Positions 50,393-63,463 of a DNA stretch of 64,000 nt are shown piece by piece. Each line of letters opens with the position of its first letter. The stretch's first letter is position 1. Origin of the DNA: Neoconidiobolus thromboides FSU 785 (lineage: Eukaryota > Fungi > Entomophthoromycota); contig MU626290.1 of the NCBI GenBank assembly GCA_025603075.1, forward strand, positions 82,987 through 146,986, in the 5' to 3' direction. The translations under genes were made by a program, and so were the position numbers. The notes below the pieces were generated by a model. It worked only from the letters and a program-made list of their open reading frames with translations. It did no database searches and had not been told where the DNA came from.

Positions 50393-51807
50393 CTTACTTT
50401 ATTACAACAATTCTTTAAAAAGCCAATGGATTGAGTACATTTTAATAATATAATAGTATATAAATAGGCTTTTAAATTATTTTCTTTTTTTATTGTACTT
50501 TCATACATTCCTTTTAAACATGATAATACCTAAAATAATGATTATTATTATTATTATTGTTATTATTAATTAATGTTTGATTGTAATTAATATAATAACT
50601 TACTAATTCACTTGGATCTGTTAATGAAAAACAATAATTTTTAAATTCATTATTATAATTTAAAAATAAATAAAATAAAATCAAAGATTCGCAGTCATCT
50701 AATTGACTAGAATAAGATTCAATAGTTAAGATTATTATTAATAATAATTAATTTGTATAATATAATTTATATTACCTTATTAATTTATCAAATAAATTAA
50801 TACAATTTAAATGAAAAAAGGGTGGATTGGGAAATAATTTAATTAATTCTATATAAATTAATAGATAGTTTAAATTATTAATAATAATTCAATATAATTA
50901 ATATTACCAAAATAATTTTCTACTACTAATAAAAAGGGATTAATTTCTATATTCTCATAATGTGTAATTAAAAATAAATAAATTTGTAAACTTTGAATTG
51001 ATAGTGTTGTTGGTTTATAATTTTCATTAGAAAATAAATAGGAATAGGCTGATTTTAATAAACCTAAATAACATTATTAATATAGAAATAAAAAAAATAG
51101 GAGTTATAAGTTATAAGATATTATTTATGAGAATTATTACAGTTAACTTACTTTGATTATCCTTTCCAATTAATGGAAAAAAATAATTCTGTATTAATAT
51201 AATTGATAATTTTTCTAACCAAATTCTAATAATATTAAATATTAAATAAATGTTAATAAAATAGAATAATAGAATAATCAAATAAATTTACTTATCCGTT
51301 TTAATTAATAATTGAAATAACATATTCGTAGGTAATTGAATTTGATCATTTTGATTATTACTATTATTATCCTCATTGTTATCTTCCTTATTACTTTGAT
51401 AATTATTATTTTGATTTAATAAATAATTACATTCAAATGCAAATAAACAAATTAAACATTGTAAACAATTTTGATAAATTTCAATATTTAATTGATAACT
51501 AAAAATCAAAATTAAATAAAATTAATGTATATATTCTATAGTAATATATTATTATTTACCTTAAATCCATTTGTATTATTAATTTAATCAACCATTTAAA
51601 AAATAATTCAAACTCATTACTTTCTTTTATGTATATTATTAATTAATTATTATATTATATATTAATTAAATTTAAATTTACCTTCTTTTTCCACTTTGTT
51701 ATTTTCATTTATACTCAATTGATTTATACAATTCATTAAATTCAATGGTAAACTTTTACTTTGTTGATCATTATCGTCTAAAATAAAATAAAAATAGATA
51801 TTAAAGA

Positions 51808-51860
<53 letters not shown>

Positions 51861-51975
51861 CTTACCATAAAATAATAGTAAAAAATCAATAAAATGACCA
51901 TTAATTAAATAATAGTTTAATATTAATATTAATATAAAACTAATATTAAATGTAATTAATTTTAATTCACTAATA

Positions 51976-52006
<31 letters not shown>

Positions 52007-52503
52007 TAATGAAATTATATTCTAATTACTTCGATTTATTAATTTCCGTTATATTATTTAATTTCACTAAAATATATTGAACTAATTTATTTAATGGTAA
52101 ATGAATGTTTAATTCCATTTCTATTATATCAAAATGAATTAGTAATGTAAAATAATTAAATAGAATATTTACCTAATTCTTTAATAATTTGTTTAACTTG
52201 AATAAATAAATTAGCATAATAATACTTTTTATTATTTTCTAATCCATTTTCAGTATTAATACCAAATACATTAAATATTAAATTTTTAAAATTAACATTA
52301 TGAAATTTAAATTCTTTAAGATAAATACTTTTAATGATTGATTTAAGTTCCAATTTTAATTGTTCATGATGTGGTATTAAGATTGTTTTATTAGTTTGTA
52401 ATCGTTTAATATACTTATTATAATTGGGATTAGTTATTGAAATTGTAATGGGATATTGATCGTTTTCTTTTGATGGGGATTTGAGTGAGTGAGTATCAGA
52501 CAT
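49130..52503 (-). CDS. DYM: Dymeclin (Dymeclin/HID1 family)-like protein, many exons
   Basis: RDGYL, ATNLIYGLLQNLNLIESFEKHPF, SITVEEVTLKI, KLHYE...FKYLLW mirror dymeclin RDKYL, NPNLVYALL...FEQFRTHP, SVERVLEII, LKFKY...FFIPYVW (from memory). Confidence 0.65.
50345..50389 (+). repeat. (AAT)15 microsatellite, intronic
   Basis: Directly visible, next to the intron donor (cttac). Confidence 0.9.
51809..51856 (+). repeat. (AAT)16 microsatellite, intronic
   Basis: Directly visible. Confidence 0.9.
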
Positions 52504-52658
52504 GATGATTTTAACTTCAAATTAAAAGGGATAAAAGTGAAGTAATGAAATTTATGACACTGAATTTTTAATTTGACTACGAAATTCCAAATTTTTAAAA
52601 ATATCAGTTTATTTCTTACTTTTGAAGATTTTTTCTTTCTTTTTTCTTCAAAAATAAA

Positions 52659-54564
52659 ATGAGTGATAAACAGCCATCTTCCATTCCTCAAGAACTTCAA
52701 TTGCAATTTAATAATTTATTTGATATACCCTTGGTAGTTTAATATAGAATTTAGTTGACAATACAATTAAATCAATTTTTCTAAGAATGATCCATTACTA
52801 AGTTTATTACAAACATTTATAGCAAATTCTTTACATTTAAGTTCCAAAGTAGAATTAGAAGATATTGAATTAAATCAAGAAAGTTGGGAGCAAAAAGTAG
52901 GTGAATATGCGGTAAGTGAAATTAATTTAATAAATAAAAAATAAGATAAATAAAATAAAATAAAATAAAAATTAAAGGAAAAGATATTCAATCAACTTCT
53001 CTTTCTTTTAGAAACAAGGTTTATGGCGAGGTTTAGCTACTTTTATGAAACAACAAATTGCAACTACAGATAATAGTCAAATTTTATTATTATTAAAAGT
53101 AAATATTCAATTGTTTTATTAATTAATTATTAATAATGGATATATATATATATTTTCTTTCTTGTTATTAGTTATGGTGTTACCGTCTCATCTCCTTAAT
53201 AAAACTTAATTTATGTCAATTAGCTTCAGCAGAATTAGATAAATTAGATAATTTATTTGATAAGAAATATCGATTTGAAAATCAACCTGAATTATTTCCA
53301 AATAGAAAAGGTAACAAGTTTTTAAAATTAAATAAAAAATTAAATAATAATATAAACAAGGACCTATGATACCGTTTGTATTATTAGTAATTTGGGCTAA
53401 ATTACCAGGTTATTTAGGAGATAATTTAATCTCTATTGATCGTATTTATTATTTAATTAATTATTGTAGAAAGGTAAATAAATTTAATATTATTATTAAC
53501 AGTATTGATAATATATTAAATGATTATTATTTATTTTTAAATTCTTTAGGAAATTCAATTTAATCCAGAACAAAGTAAATATAATTTAAAATTAATTTAA
53601 AATTGAGTTTTTAATAATATTTATTAAACTATTAACTAAGTTCAATTATGGAAAAATCGAATTATTCAATTAAGTTTAATATTAACAAATTATTTATTAA
53701 AATTGAAAGTAAATAATTTTATATTAAAATATATAGAATAGAAGTTTATAAATGATTAATAATTTTTCTATTAGGAATTAATATTAGCTACAACAATAAT
53801 TGAACAATTAACATTACAATCTGATTGTGATTTTATAATTTGGAATTGTTGTATTCGCTTATATTTGTATGTAAGTTATTTTATTAACAGTAATTTATAA
53901 ATCAATATTAATTAATAATTAAATATTAAAAGGGAGGAAATATTAAAGAAGCTGAAATTAAAATAAAACAATATAATCGATATGAATTAATTGATAATAA
54001 TTATAAATTAAATTTATTATTAAATAAGTAAGTTTTAATTATACTAATTAATATCTTACAAACTAATCTTTATTTTATTTTTATTTTTATTTTTATTTTA
54101 GTACTTTATTATTAATGTCCAAAGCACAATGGAATGATTCAATTCAATTAATTGAAACTTATTTAGATAAAAATGAAAATAACTTTAAAGTAAAATAACT
54201 TATTATAAGTAATAACAATAAGAATAATTTATTTATATAACTTTAGTTAAATAACCTATTAGCAATCAATTATTTATATATTGGTAATTTAAACAAAGTA
54301 AGTTAAATATTATATTTATTATTTTCATTTTTCATTCTATTAACTTTCATTAATTTTTATTAGTCGATTACAATTTTAAAACAAACAATTGAACAATTTA
54401 CAAAAGAAAATAGTCCATTATTACCAGCTATTATATTAAAAAATTTATCTACTAGTTATGAATTAATTACAATTCATCATCTTAAAAAGAAAAAACAAAT
54501 TTTAGATTTAATTCATCCTTATTTAGGAGATGGTTATGATATTGATGCATTTAAATTTAATTAA
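52659..54564 (+). CDS. TRAPPC12: TRAPP complex subunit 12 (TPR protein), many exons
   Basis: LWCYRLISLIKL...AELDKL, FPNRKG..MIPFVLLVIWAKLPGYLGD..SIDRIY, C-terminal GDGYDIDAFKF*. Confidence 0.78.
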
Positions 54565-54702
54565 AATATTATTATTATATATCATTATTATATTATTATA
54601 TTATTATTATTATCTTTATTATTATTATTATTATTATTATTATTTACACTTAACAAAATTCATTTAAAAAATCTTAAAAGAAAAAACTTAACTTATTCCC
54701 TA

Positions 54703-55884
54703 TTAAGTTTCCTTATTAATTACCCCATCCTCATTTTTAGCCAATAACATTAAATTATTATTTACATTAATAAATTCTTCATTTTCCAATGAATAATATT
54801 TTAAACCATTATTTGCATTACCATTATCAAAAAAGGATAAATTCCTAATCGATGGGGATCTAGTTCTCATATTATTAAATTGTTGTTGACTATTATTATT
54901 ATTTTCTCTATTAAAATTCATAAATGAATTCATTTCTGATAATAGAGAATGTGCTGAATAAACATTTCCATAATCATCTATGGAATTTCGTGATAAATTC
55001 GATATTGGTCGATTAATAAATGGTGAATGAGAAGGCTCCCAATGACTCGTTGTTAATTGAGAAAAGGGTCGATGTTTTTCAGCCATAATAGTATCGAGTG
55101 TAAGTGTAGTTACTGATTCTCGTCGTCGTCGACTCATCATCGAAGAATAATTACTTTTATTAAAATTAGGTGCACTACCTTTTAACATGGCTTTACGATA
55201 ACTTGTATGTAAATTACTATATGTTTTTTGAGATTGATATTTTAAGTAACCTAATCGTTCTTCTTGAGGTAAATATGAATTAATTTTTTCAATTCGTTTA
55301 AATACATTGTAAATTAATTGTCGACTATGCTCTAATTCTTGTTGAATTTCATTCACTAAATTATCAATTTTTATTAGTTTAATATAATATTTTAAATACG
55401 AATGAAAATTATTACTTGCTAATTTTAAATTAGTATTACTATCATGAATATATCGTAGATGTGGTGTTGTATATTTTATATGACCTTCAACTGCAGCTTC
55501 TATACTTTCAATTTTTTCAACTACTGTTTCCTAAAATAAAAATTAATAAAAATTAATATAAATTAATATAAATTTACTTGATCTTTTAAAATTTGATTCA
55601 TTTCAATAAAGTATTCTCTTTGATGATACAACATCAAATTGTAAATAATTGATTCTAATTCAACTAAAAAATAATAAATAAATAAATTCTATTATATATT
55701 ATTATAAATTCAATTAAACAAATAATACTTACCAATAGATGGTGCTTTAACTTTAGGTAAACTAATAGTATTACGATGCCATAAATTATTTAAAGAAAAT
55801 GAATTAGTATTTGAATAATTAGTATCCATGTTAGTAACATTCATTTGAAAACTATATGGTATCTAAATAAGATAAAATAAAATA

Positions 55885-55915
<31 letters not shown>

Positions 55916-56600
55916 AATAATTTTGTTATTATTATTATTCTTTCAACTTACTTTCGGTAACCCTTTTAATTTTAATAAGATTGGATCTATTTTATGTGCT
56001 TTTCCTTTACTAACAGTAATAATTGGACTATCCTATTATATAAAAAATTTCACTATTAAAACCTTCAATTGTTTAAAAATTAAGAATATTTACTTGAAAT
56101 GAACTTTGCGAACTATTATTGGAATAATAATCATTCTGTCTCCCTATTCTGTCCATTGATTTAACATTACATAAGCCCTTAATAGCGTTTCCTAATGGCA
56201 TTGAACTTGACAATTGCTGATATTCATTACCATAAGATTGACTTATTTTAACATCCATTTCTTTATCACTTAAACTCAAACCTTCTACTTCATCAATTGT
56301 TTTAAATGGAAATGAACTAATAACTCCAGATATTTCTTCTAATCGAGGTAATCGAGGAGATATTAAATGACCATTATTTTTTAACCAGGAACTACTTGGT
56401 GTAGTAAGATTGTTATTGTGAGTTGAATCATTTAATTTTAATATCATATTGGGATGTTTGCTTGGGGCTACGACTGAGGTGGACACCGTTCGTCGATGGG
56501 GATTTTTACTTTCTGATTTACTGCTTTCTTGACCCTTTAGTTAAAGAAAAATAGACTATTAATTTATTAGAATTTTAAATCTTAAATTTTAAACTACCAT
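54703..56600 (-). CDS. BORCS5: BORC subunit 5 (myrlysin)-like protein; first exon is the ATG alone
   Basis: Spliced N-terminus MGQESSK (myristoylation consensus); coiled coil ending KINSYLPQEERL, like BORCS5 RLNSMLPEGERL (from memory). Confidence 0.6.
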
Positions 56601-56670
56601 CTTTTTAAAAAAAAACTAAAAATGAGTTTTTTTTAAAATAGAAATATTAAACTTATTGATTTATTGATAA

Positions 56671-56712
56671 TATTTTCTATTTTCTATTTTCTATTTTCTA
56701 TTTTCTATTTTC
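56671..56712 (+). repeat. (TATTTTC)6 tandem repeat
   Basis: Directly visible, about 70 bp upstream of the BORCS5-like ATG. Confidence 0.85.
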
Positions 56713-56982
56713 TATTTTTTTGTTATCAAAATTGCTGGAATTTATAGTTTTAGTTTTAATTACCCCTTCCCTTTTATTAATTTCTAGTTGAAACTTAAGT
56801 GGTTACAAAAAATCATTAATTTTGGGCAAATCTATCTTTTTTAATAAAATAATACTAACTTTTTTGATTGATACAAATATTCAATCTTATTTTTAACTGA
56901 AATCTAAATTTAAATTCAATTTCAATGACATAATAAGTAAATTAACAATACTTGACTACATAAATATAACTTTAATATATTC

Positions 56983-57027
56983 TATTATTTTATATTATTT
57001 TATATTATTTTATATTATTTTATTATT
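56983..57027 (+). repeat. TATATTATTT 10-mer tandem repeat (~4 units)
   Basis: Directly visible. Confidence 0.75.
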
Positions 57028-57625
57028 TATTTATCAAATTCTAGTTTAAGAATAATACTCAATGTTTTAGAAGAAATTAATTTTCAGTTCACCATCTTGT
57101 TTAAAACCATTTTATTCAATATTTTTGAAAAATAAATCAAAGATTATAATAGTTTAAAACCAGCGGATAAAATAATAAACTATATTTATTCTTTAAGACA
57201 AATCGAGTTTATATACCTTGATGCCATAATAATATATTATTTAGTTAAAAAAGGGTTTATATATATATATCTATATGTTATTGTTTAAAAGAAAGCAAAG
57301 ATAAAATTCATCTCAAATAATAAAACACTTAAAGTTTTCATAAACTCCTTCAACCTCTTTAAAAAAAAAGAAAAGAAAAATAAGAAAATAGATAATGAAC
57401 TAGATAATACTTAAAAAATGTTATTATTAACTAAGAAGAATATAAAGAGTTTAAAGAGGGGTGGGGAAATGAGGAAGTTTGATTTAATCTTGGTATGTGT
57501 CAATGATAATGATATGTGTGGTAGATTGAATCAGCAAAAAAAAGTTAAAAAAAAGGTTGTTTTTTAAATTTAAAATTATCATCTTAATTCAACTTTACAA
57601 AAACAGTTATTATTATTATTATTAT

Positions 57626-58922
57626 TTATAAAAGACCACACGCTCTTAAATTAATTTGTACTACTATATCATTTACAGCACTCATCACAAATTTAATTTG
57701 TTTTGTATCAGTAGCACAAGTAAAATGACAGTAAATTTGTTTTTCTACATTCTTATTTAAAGCTAAAAATTTGCCTTTAAAAAATTCACATGCCGATTGG
57801 AAATCAGTACCACCTAATAATAAATAAAATGAATTAGTTCTCTGATTTATAGAGGTAGGTGTAAGTGAGTATAAACACTTACCTTGATATTCCGGAAAAT
57901 AATTGGAAACTGGTGAAGTTAATACTTTATTTTTCAAGATATCAATTTTATTTAAAAATAAAATTATAGCAGTATCTTGAAACCATTTAGAATTACAAAC
58001 AGAATCAAATAAAGTGAAAGATTCATGCATACGATTCTAAAAAATAAAATAAAAATTATTATTAAAATAACAATTAAAATTATTACCATATTTTCATCTT
58101 CAATTAAAGTTTGATCATATTCATTAATAGCTACCATAAAAATAATAGAAGTTACTCCTTCAAAACAATGAATCCATTTTTTACGTTCAGAACGTTGACC
58201 TCCCACATCCACCATTCGATAAGTTAACTTACCCACTTGAAAATTAGTTTCTATAATACCACTTGTTTTAACTCTTGAACGAAGTACATCTTGATCTGTT
58301 GGTAAATAATTAGGCTGAGAAAATCGTTCTACAGAATCAAAATAACTATAAATAAGTTATCAGTATTATTATTATTATTATAAAATTCAAGTCAAAATCA
58401 CTTACTAAGCTGCAGAATCATTAAGTTGAAATTCTCTTGATCTATCTACACAAAGTTTAACCCCATTATCACTCCAAAGTGCAATTAAAGCCATTGAAAC
58501 ATTTGGAGGTAAATAAGAATAATTAAGTGGATTAGGAAGTTGAAAGATAAGTTCAACATAAGTTTGATTATTATCATCACCTAAAGAGATACCAAGTTCG
58601 CTCATAGCTTCTAATATAACTCTCATAGAAACAATAGTATTTGAAAAGATCACTTCTTTAAATTCATTTTTAACATTATCAGGATAACTTCCATTATGTA
58701 TCAATTCCATCTGTTTTACTATTGTACTTTTACCCGATTCTCCAGCACCTATAAGAAAAGAAGAATAAGTTAGTTAGTTGTTAAACAAAATGAAAATAAG
58801 ATAGTACCTAATAAAAGTAGTTTAACTTCATTTTTTAAAGAAGCACGATCAGCCCTTAGTTGATTTTCTATAGTATCGTTTTGTTCAAAACCTTGATTAT
58901 CTGTACTTTGAGAGCAACCCAT
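57626..58922 (-). CDS. GPA1: Heterotrimeric G protein alpha subunit, group I (Gi-like), multi-exon
   Basis: MGC start, [48 protein letters not shown]-terminal CGLL. Confidence 0.96.
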
Positions 58923-60223
58923 ATTAAATTTAAAAAAAATAAACTAAAAAAATAGAAAAAGGTTTTAAAAAAATGGAATTCAAAATTAATAAATTCAAGT
59001 TTTACGATTAAAATAAATTAAAGGATAAAAATATATAATAAAAAAATTATTATTATTTTTAATTTTATCAACTTTTTAAAAAAGATTTAAAAAAAAAGGT
59101 AATTGTTGAAATATTGACTTAATAATTATTTTAATAAATCAGTTTTAAGATGAAAATCTATCTAATAAATGGATTTAATTGGCTCATTTCATTGTTCTAT
59201 TTTTCGATTTCTTTTTAATAAACCTTTGTTATTCTATATTTTATAGAACTTTGAGAAAAAGAATCCTCTTTCATAATCCGTTATACGGTAACTTGATCCA
59301 AATTTGGTATTAGTTAACACTTGATTTAATCGCTTTTGGAAAATTCAATATCACCAACGCCTCTCATTCATTCCATTTCTTTAAAAGATAGTAAAGAGAA
59401 AGAATGAATTTCATTGGTACATTCAAATTAATTAATCATAGGTGTTATAATTCTTAATTTATTTAGTGATGTTATTGTTTATTATATATTATTATTATTA
59501 ATTTATAGAACTATATAATAAATATTTAATTAATCAATTTTATTTTTAATATGATTAATTAATAACTTGTATTATAAGATATTAAAATGTCAAACTAAGT
59601 AATTAAATAAGATCATATCCTTTTATTTATTGAGGCTTATTATGAAATTAAGTTTATAAATAAGAATAATAAAAAACAAAAATTTCATTTTTTTAAACTT
59701 AAGAATAATTATTTATTACACTAGCATAATTATAGTAGTTTCAAAAGACTTGAATACCATTTTAGGTAACTGACTAATTTTAAGCCCTCCAATTAACTAA
59801 AACTCCGGTTAAAATTTTAAAATTTAAGATTTAAACTTTAATATTTTTTTTTGAATATTTTTATATAAATTTAATATTATTTAGAATTTAATCTATAAGT
59901 TTTATAAAATTCAAATTGAAATTTTATTGAAATTTTATTGAAATTTTATTGAATATTCTTTTTAATTAATAGCTTATTAAGATTCTTAAGATTCGTAATA
60001 TTTAAGCTTAAAAAGTTTATTAAAAGTTAATTATTGAACCACTTCTTTATTATTTTTAGATATTATATTTACTAAAATTTATTAATCATAATAAACCCAT
60101 AATTGTATTGAACTATGTGTGTATTTGTTTGAAATACTAGCTTTATAATTCAAGTAATTTATATATCATTTGAATTATCTATTTAACTGCTTAATAAAAT
60201 AATTTATTTGTATTTAAAAAAAC

Positions 60224-60362
60224 TATATTTAATTATTATATTTAATTATATTTAATTATTATATTTAATTATATTTAATTATTATATTTAATTATATTTA
60301 ATTATATTTAATTATTATATTTAATTATATTTAATTATATTTAATTATTATATTTAATTATT
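60224..60362 (+). repeat. Minisatellite of TATATTTAAT units (~13) punctuated by TAT
   Basis: Directly visible mix of 10-bp and 13-bp units. Confidence 0.9.
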
Positions 60363-61047
60363 AAATTAATTTAAAATTGGAATATTATTTTTAAAGAATC
60401 TAGAAGAAATAAACTCACAAGTGTTTTATTATTGGAAGTAACGAATTTAATATGATGAATTGAATCATAAAACTATGAGGATATGATATAAGATATATTA
60501 AGATTGTAAAGGGAGACTTAGTATATTAATGAGGAATAAAATGTTCCAAGTAACCTAACTTTAGATGAGTAGGTTATACTTCAAGGTTTTTAATTGTATT
60601 TGTAGGGGATACTTGAATATAAAGTAAAGTATTAGGAATATTTGACAAAATTTTAATAATATTGAATGAGATAAATAAACAAATTAATGAAGTCTATCTT
60701 TTAATACCATAATATTAAATTTATAGTTACTTTTTTATTTAGGTTTTATGAGCTATTGCTTTTTTAAACTATTCATTCATATAAAAGACTTATTTTATTT
60801 AGGATGATTAAGATCTTAAAGTATATTGATATAAAAATAATTGAAAGATTTAAAAGGTAAGGAAGCTCTTTAGCGGATAAGATGTACTTTTGGTATTTTG
60901 GTAAGCAATTTAACCTCTTTAACCTAACCAAGGCTCATAAAATCATTAGAAAAGTTATATATATATATATATATATATTAATATAAACTATTTTAATTTG
61001 TTGTAAAATGGTTATAAGTTTTATAAATATTTGATAATACAACATAT

Positions 61048-61146
61048 GGGGCTGTTTTTTTCAGCTTCATTACTTTTTCTATCTTTTAAGCACTATTTGA
61101 ATAAAAAATTTGTTAGTAAAATTCTTAAACATGAAAATACATCCCC
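61048..61146 (-). mobile_element. MITE copy 19
   Basis: AT|GGGGCTGT...ACATCCCC|AT. Confidence 0.9.
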
Positions 61147-61775
61147 ATGTTTAAATCTTTATTTGTAATTAGAAAATAACTAATAAAGTTGATATAATAT
61201 TGACAAAAGTATTATGTAATCAAAAATGATAGCATGATATTTATAAAGATATATAATTAAGAAGGGTGCTATTAAAATCATTAAAAATATTAACTTTATT
61301 TTTTATTAAAAAATTACCATAAAAACTATAGCTATTTATAACAGATAAGTTCTAAATTAAAACTTTACTATTTAAAAATAGATAGAAATAGCTTAAAAGT
61401 AAATGTACAGTATTTTCGACTATAAACTAATAATACAATTAATATATAGCATTATTTTTTATGTAATACTATTTTTATAGTTATTTTAATTTAGTTGATA
61501 GTAAATTGATTGTTTTAATCTATCAATGTTCTCTTAATAAAGATTAATAATATAAAATGTCTCAAATTCAATATGAGTTTTACCAAATTTGGGAATTACA
61601 ATAAAAAATAGAAAAAATATTAATCACTATTTAAGCAATGACAAAAATAAGCAATAGACAATTTGAAACAGTTAATTAATATTATAAAGAATACAATAAC
61701 TTAATATCGATTAAAATATGTTGCTTTCCACATATATCCCTCTACGAATAACTCCCCAATCCTTAATAAAAAAGA

Positions 61776-61785
61776 TATATAAAAA
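61776..61785 (+). promoter_or_regulatory. Candidate TATA box of secreted peptide gene 2
   Basis: TATATAAAAA about 50 bp upstream of the ATG; weak in an AT-rich background. Confidence 0.35.
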
Positions 61786-61833
61786 GTCATTGTTCTTCAA
61801 CCTTTAAACATTAATCAACTTCAACTATTAACT

Positions 61834-62073
61834 ATGAAATTCTCTTCATTACTACTAACTTTTACTGTACTTACTGCTACTTCTGCATTTTCTCTACCTA
61901 CCAAAGTAACACGTTCTTTTAAACAGGAAGCTAAAGACTTGATGGCACGTAGTGCTGTTAAAGATGTCTTTGGTGCTCTCACCAATGTAGCTACTTCCAT
62001 TGTCGGAGACAAAGGCCTTATAGGTGGTGGTGTTAAAGCTGTCAGTGGCCTTCTTCAAAACGTTATCCCTTAA
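61834..62073 (+). CDS. Small secreted prepropeptide, paralog 2 (79 aa)
   Basis: Signal peptide, pro-segment ending DLMAR, amphipathic 40-aa C-terminus; 50/79 identical to paralog 1 with no gaps (my count). Confidence 0.85.
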   Translation: MKFSSLLLTFTVLTATSAFSLPTKVTRSFKQEAKDLMARSAVKDVFGALTNVATSIVGDKGLIGGGVKAVSGLLQNVIP

Positions 62074-63463
62074 ACTTAAGATACCTTGTTAATGTACTAA
62101 TATTTTAATCTTAATAAATAATTTTGATATAATATTGAAGGTCTTTTGTTAGTATATGGGTTAGGTAGTGTTTTTAAAGTTTAGCACTATGCTATTGTTT
62201 GGTTGTGTTCGTGATAAGAAATTTATAGTAATAAAATATATTTTAAAGATTTTGGGACATAAATGTATTATATATGATTATCTAAATGCAGCATTTTGAA
62301 CGATTAAAATTACATCATCATAATATTTTATTTTAAAATATTAATTCAAACAATATCCTTTATTATTATTATAACTTTTTATACTTTTACCTTTTAAATT
62401 TAGCTTCAGTTCTAGTTTATCCCAAAATGTGCTTTTAAATTAATAAAGAGTAACATAGCTATGTAATGAAAAGGATTAGAATTCATCAACATTGTCTGTG
62501 TAAACAACATACGTAAAACCACTATATAATCAATCAGACATAAATGTAAAAAGTCAATTCATCCTGTTATCTTTATTTGATTAGCTCTATATTTATTTTA
62601 TATATGTTGTTCCTATAGAAACCCTTACAAATAAAGATCACTTATAAAAGAAGCTAACAATTAAATTTTTTAAATAATGTGATTAAATCAAACTTTGTAA
62701 TCTGTCTTCAATTACCTCAATGATGAAAAAAATACAAAAATAAGATCATTTGAATTCCATACATTTCTTTTTCATAATATTATAATATCATAAAAAGATG
62801 TATTCTACTTCAATATTTTACATTTTTTTGAAAATTATAAAATTTAGTTTTACCTAATTGTATAGACTTGGTTTATTTACCTTATTCACTACTTGTGGAT
62901 AAAGACCTTTTTTTGGACAAAATGCTAGTATGGAAGTGAGAGTGCTTTATCGAATTTCTTCGAATATCAAAAAGGAAAACAATTATATATGAAAAAGTCT
63001 GACTCATAGACATAGAGTTATTAAATTTAAATTATGCTTCAACATTTTTGAAATTATAATTCAAGAGCTTTTTTTGGTTATAGAATAACTTATAGCTAAA
63101 GGGTATTGATTAATTTGAATATTACAAGGTTTGAATTAAGTAAATAATCAAATCCCTTTGAAATCAAAATTTAAGTTTGATACAATAGTCCAATTATAAT
63201 ATCTTAGTTATACTTAACTTTATCTTAAAAATTATAATATAACATCAATTCTTTAATAGAAGTAACGCCAAAATATATTATAAAGGCCCCTTGTCTTGAA
63301 CTTCCTGCTTTATTGCTAATTAGTTGACCAAATAAATATTCTCATACTATTGAAAATAGATTTACCCATTACTTAAGTATTAGTGCCCATTTTTTATGAT
63401 AGTCCATTTAAATATTTAGATTGAAATAAAACTTATCGTATGATAATATTAATTGAATCATAA

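Noticed and set aside
51662-51901. Poly-Ile ORF
   Set aside because: Translation of an intronic (ATT)n microsatellite within the dymeclin-like gene.
46500-60400. Mitochondrial insertion (NUMT) as the cause of the extreme AT content
   Set aside because: The region contains spliceosomal-intron nuclear genes in the standard code, and no organellar genes are recognisable.
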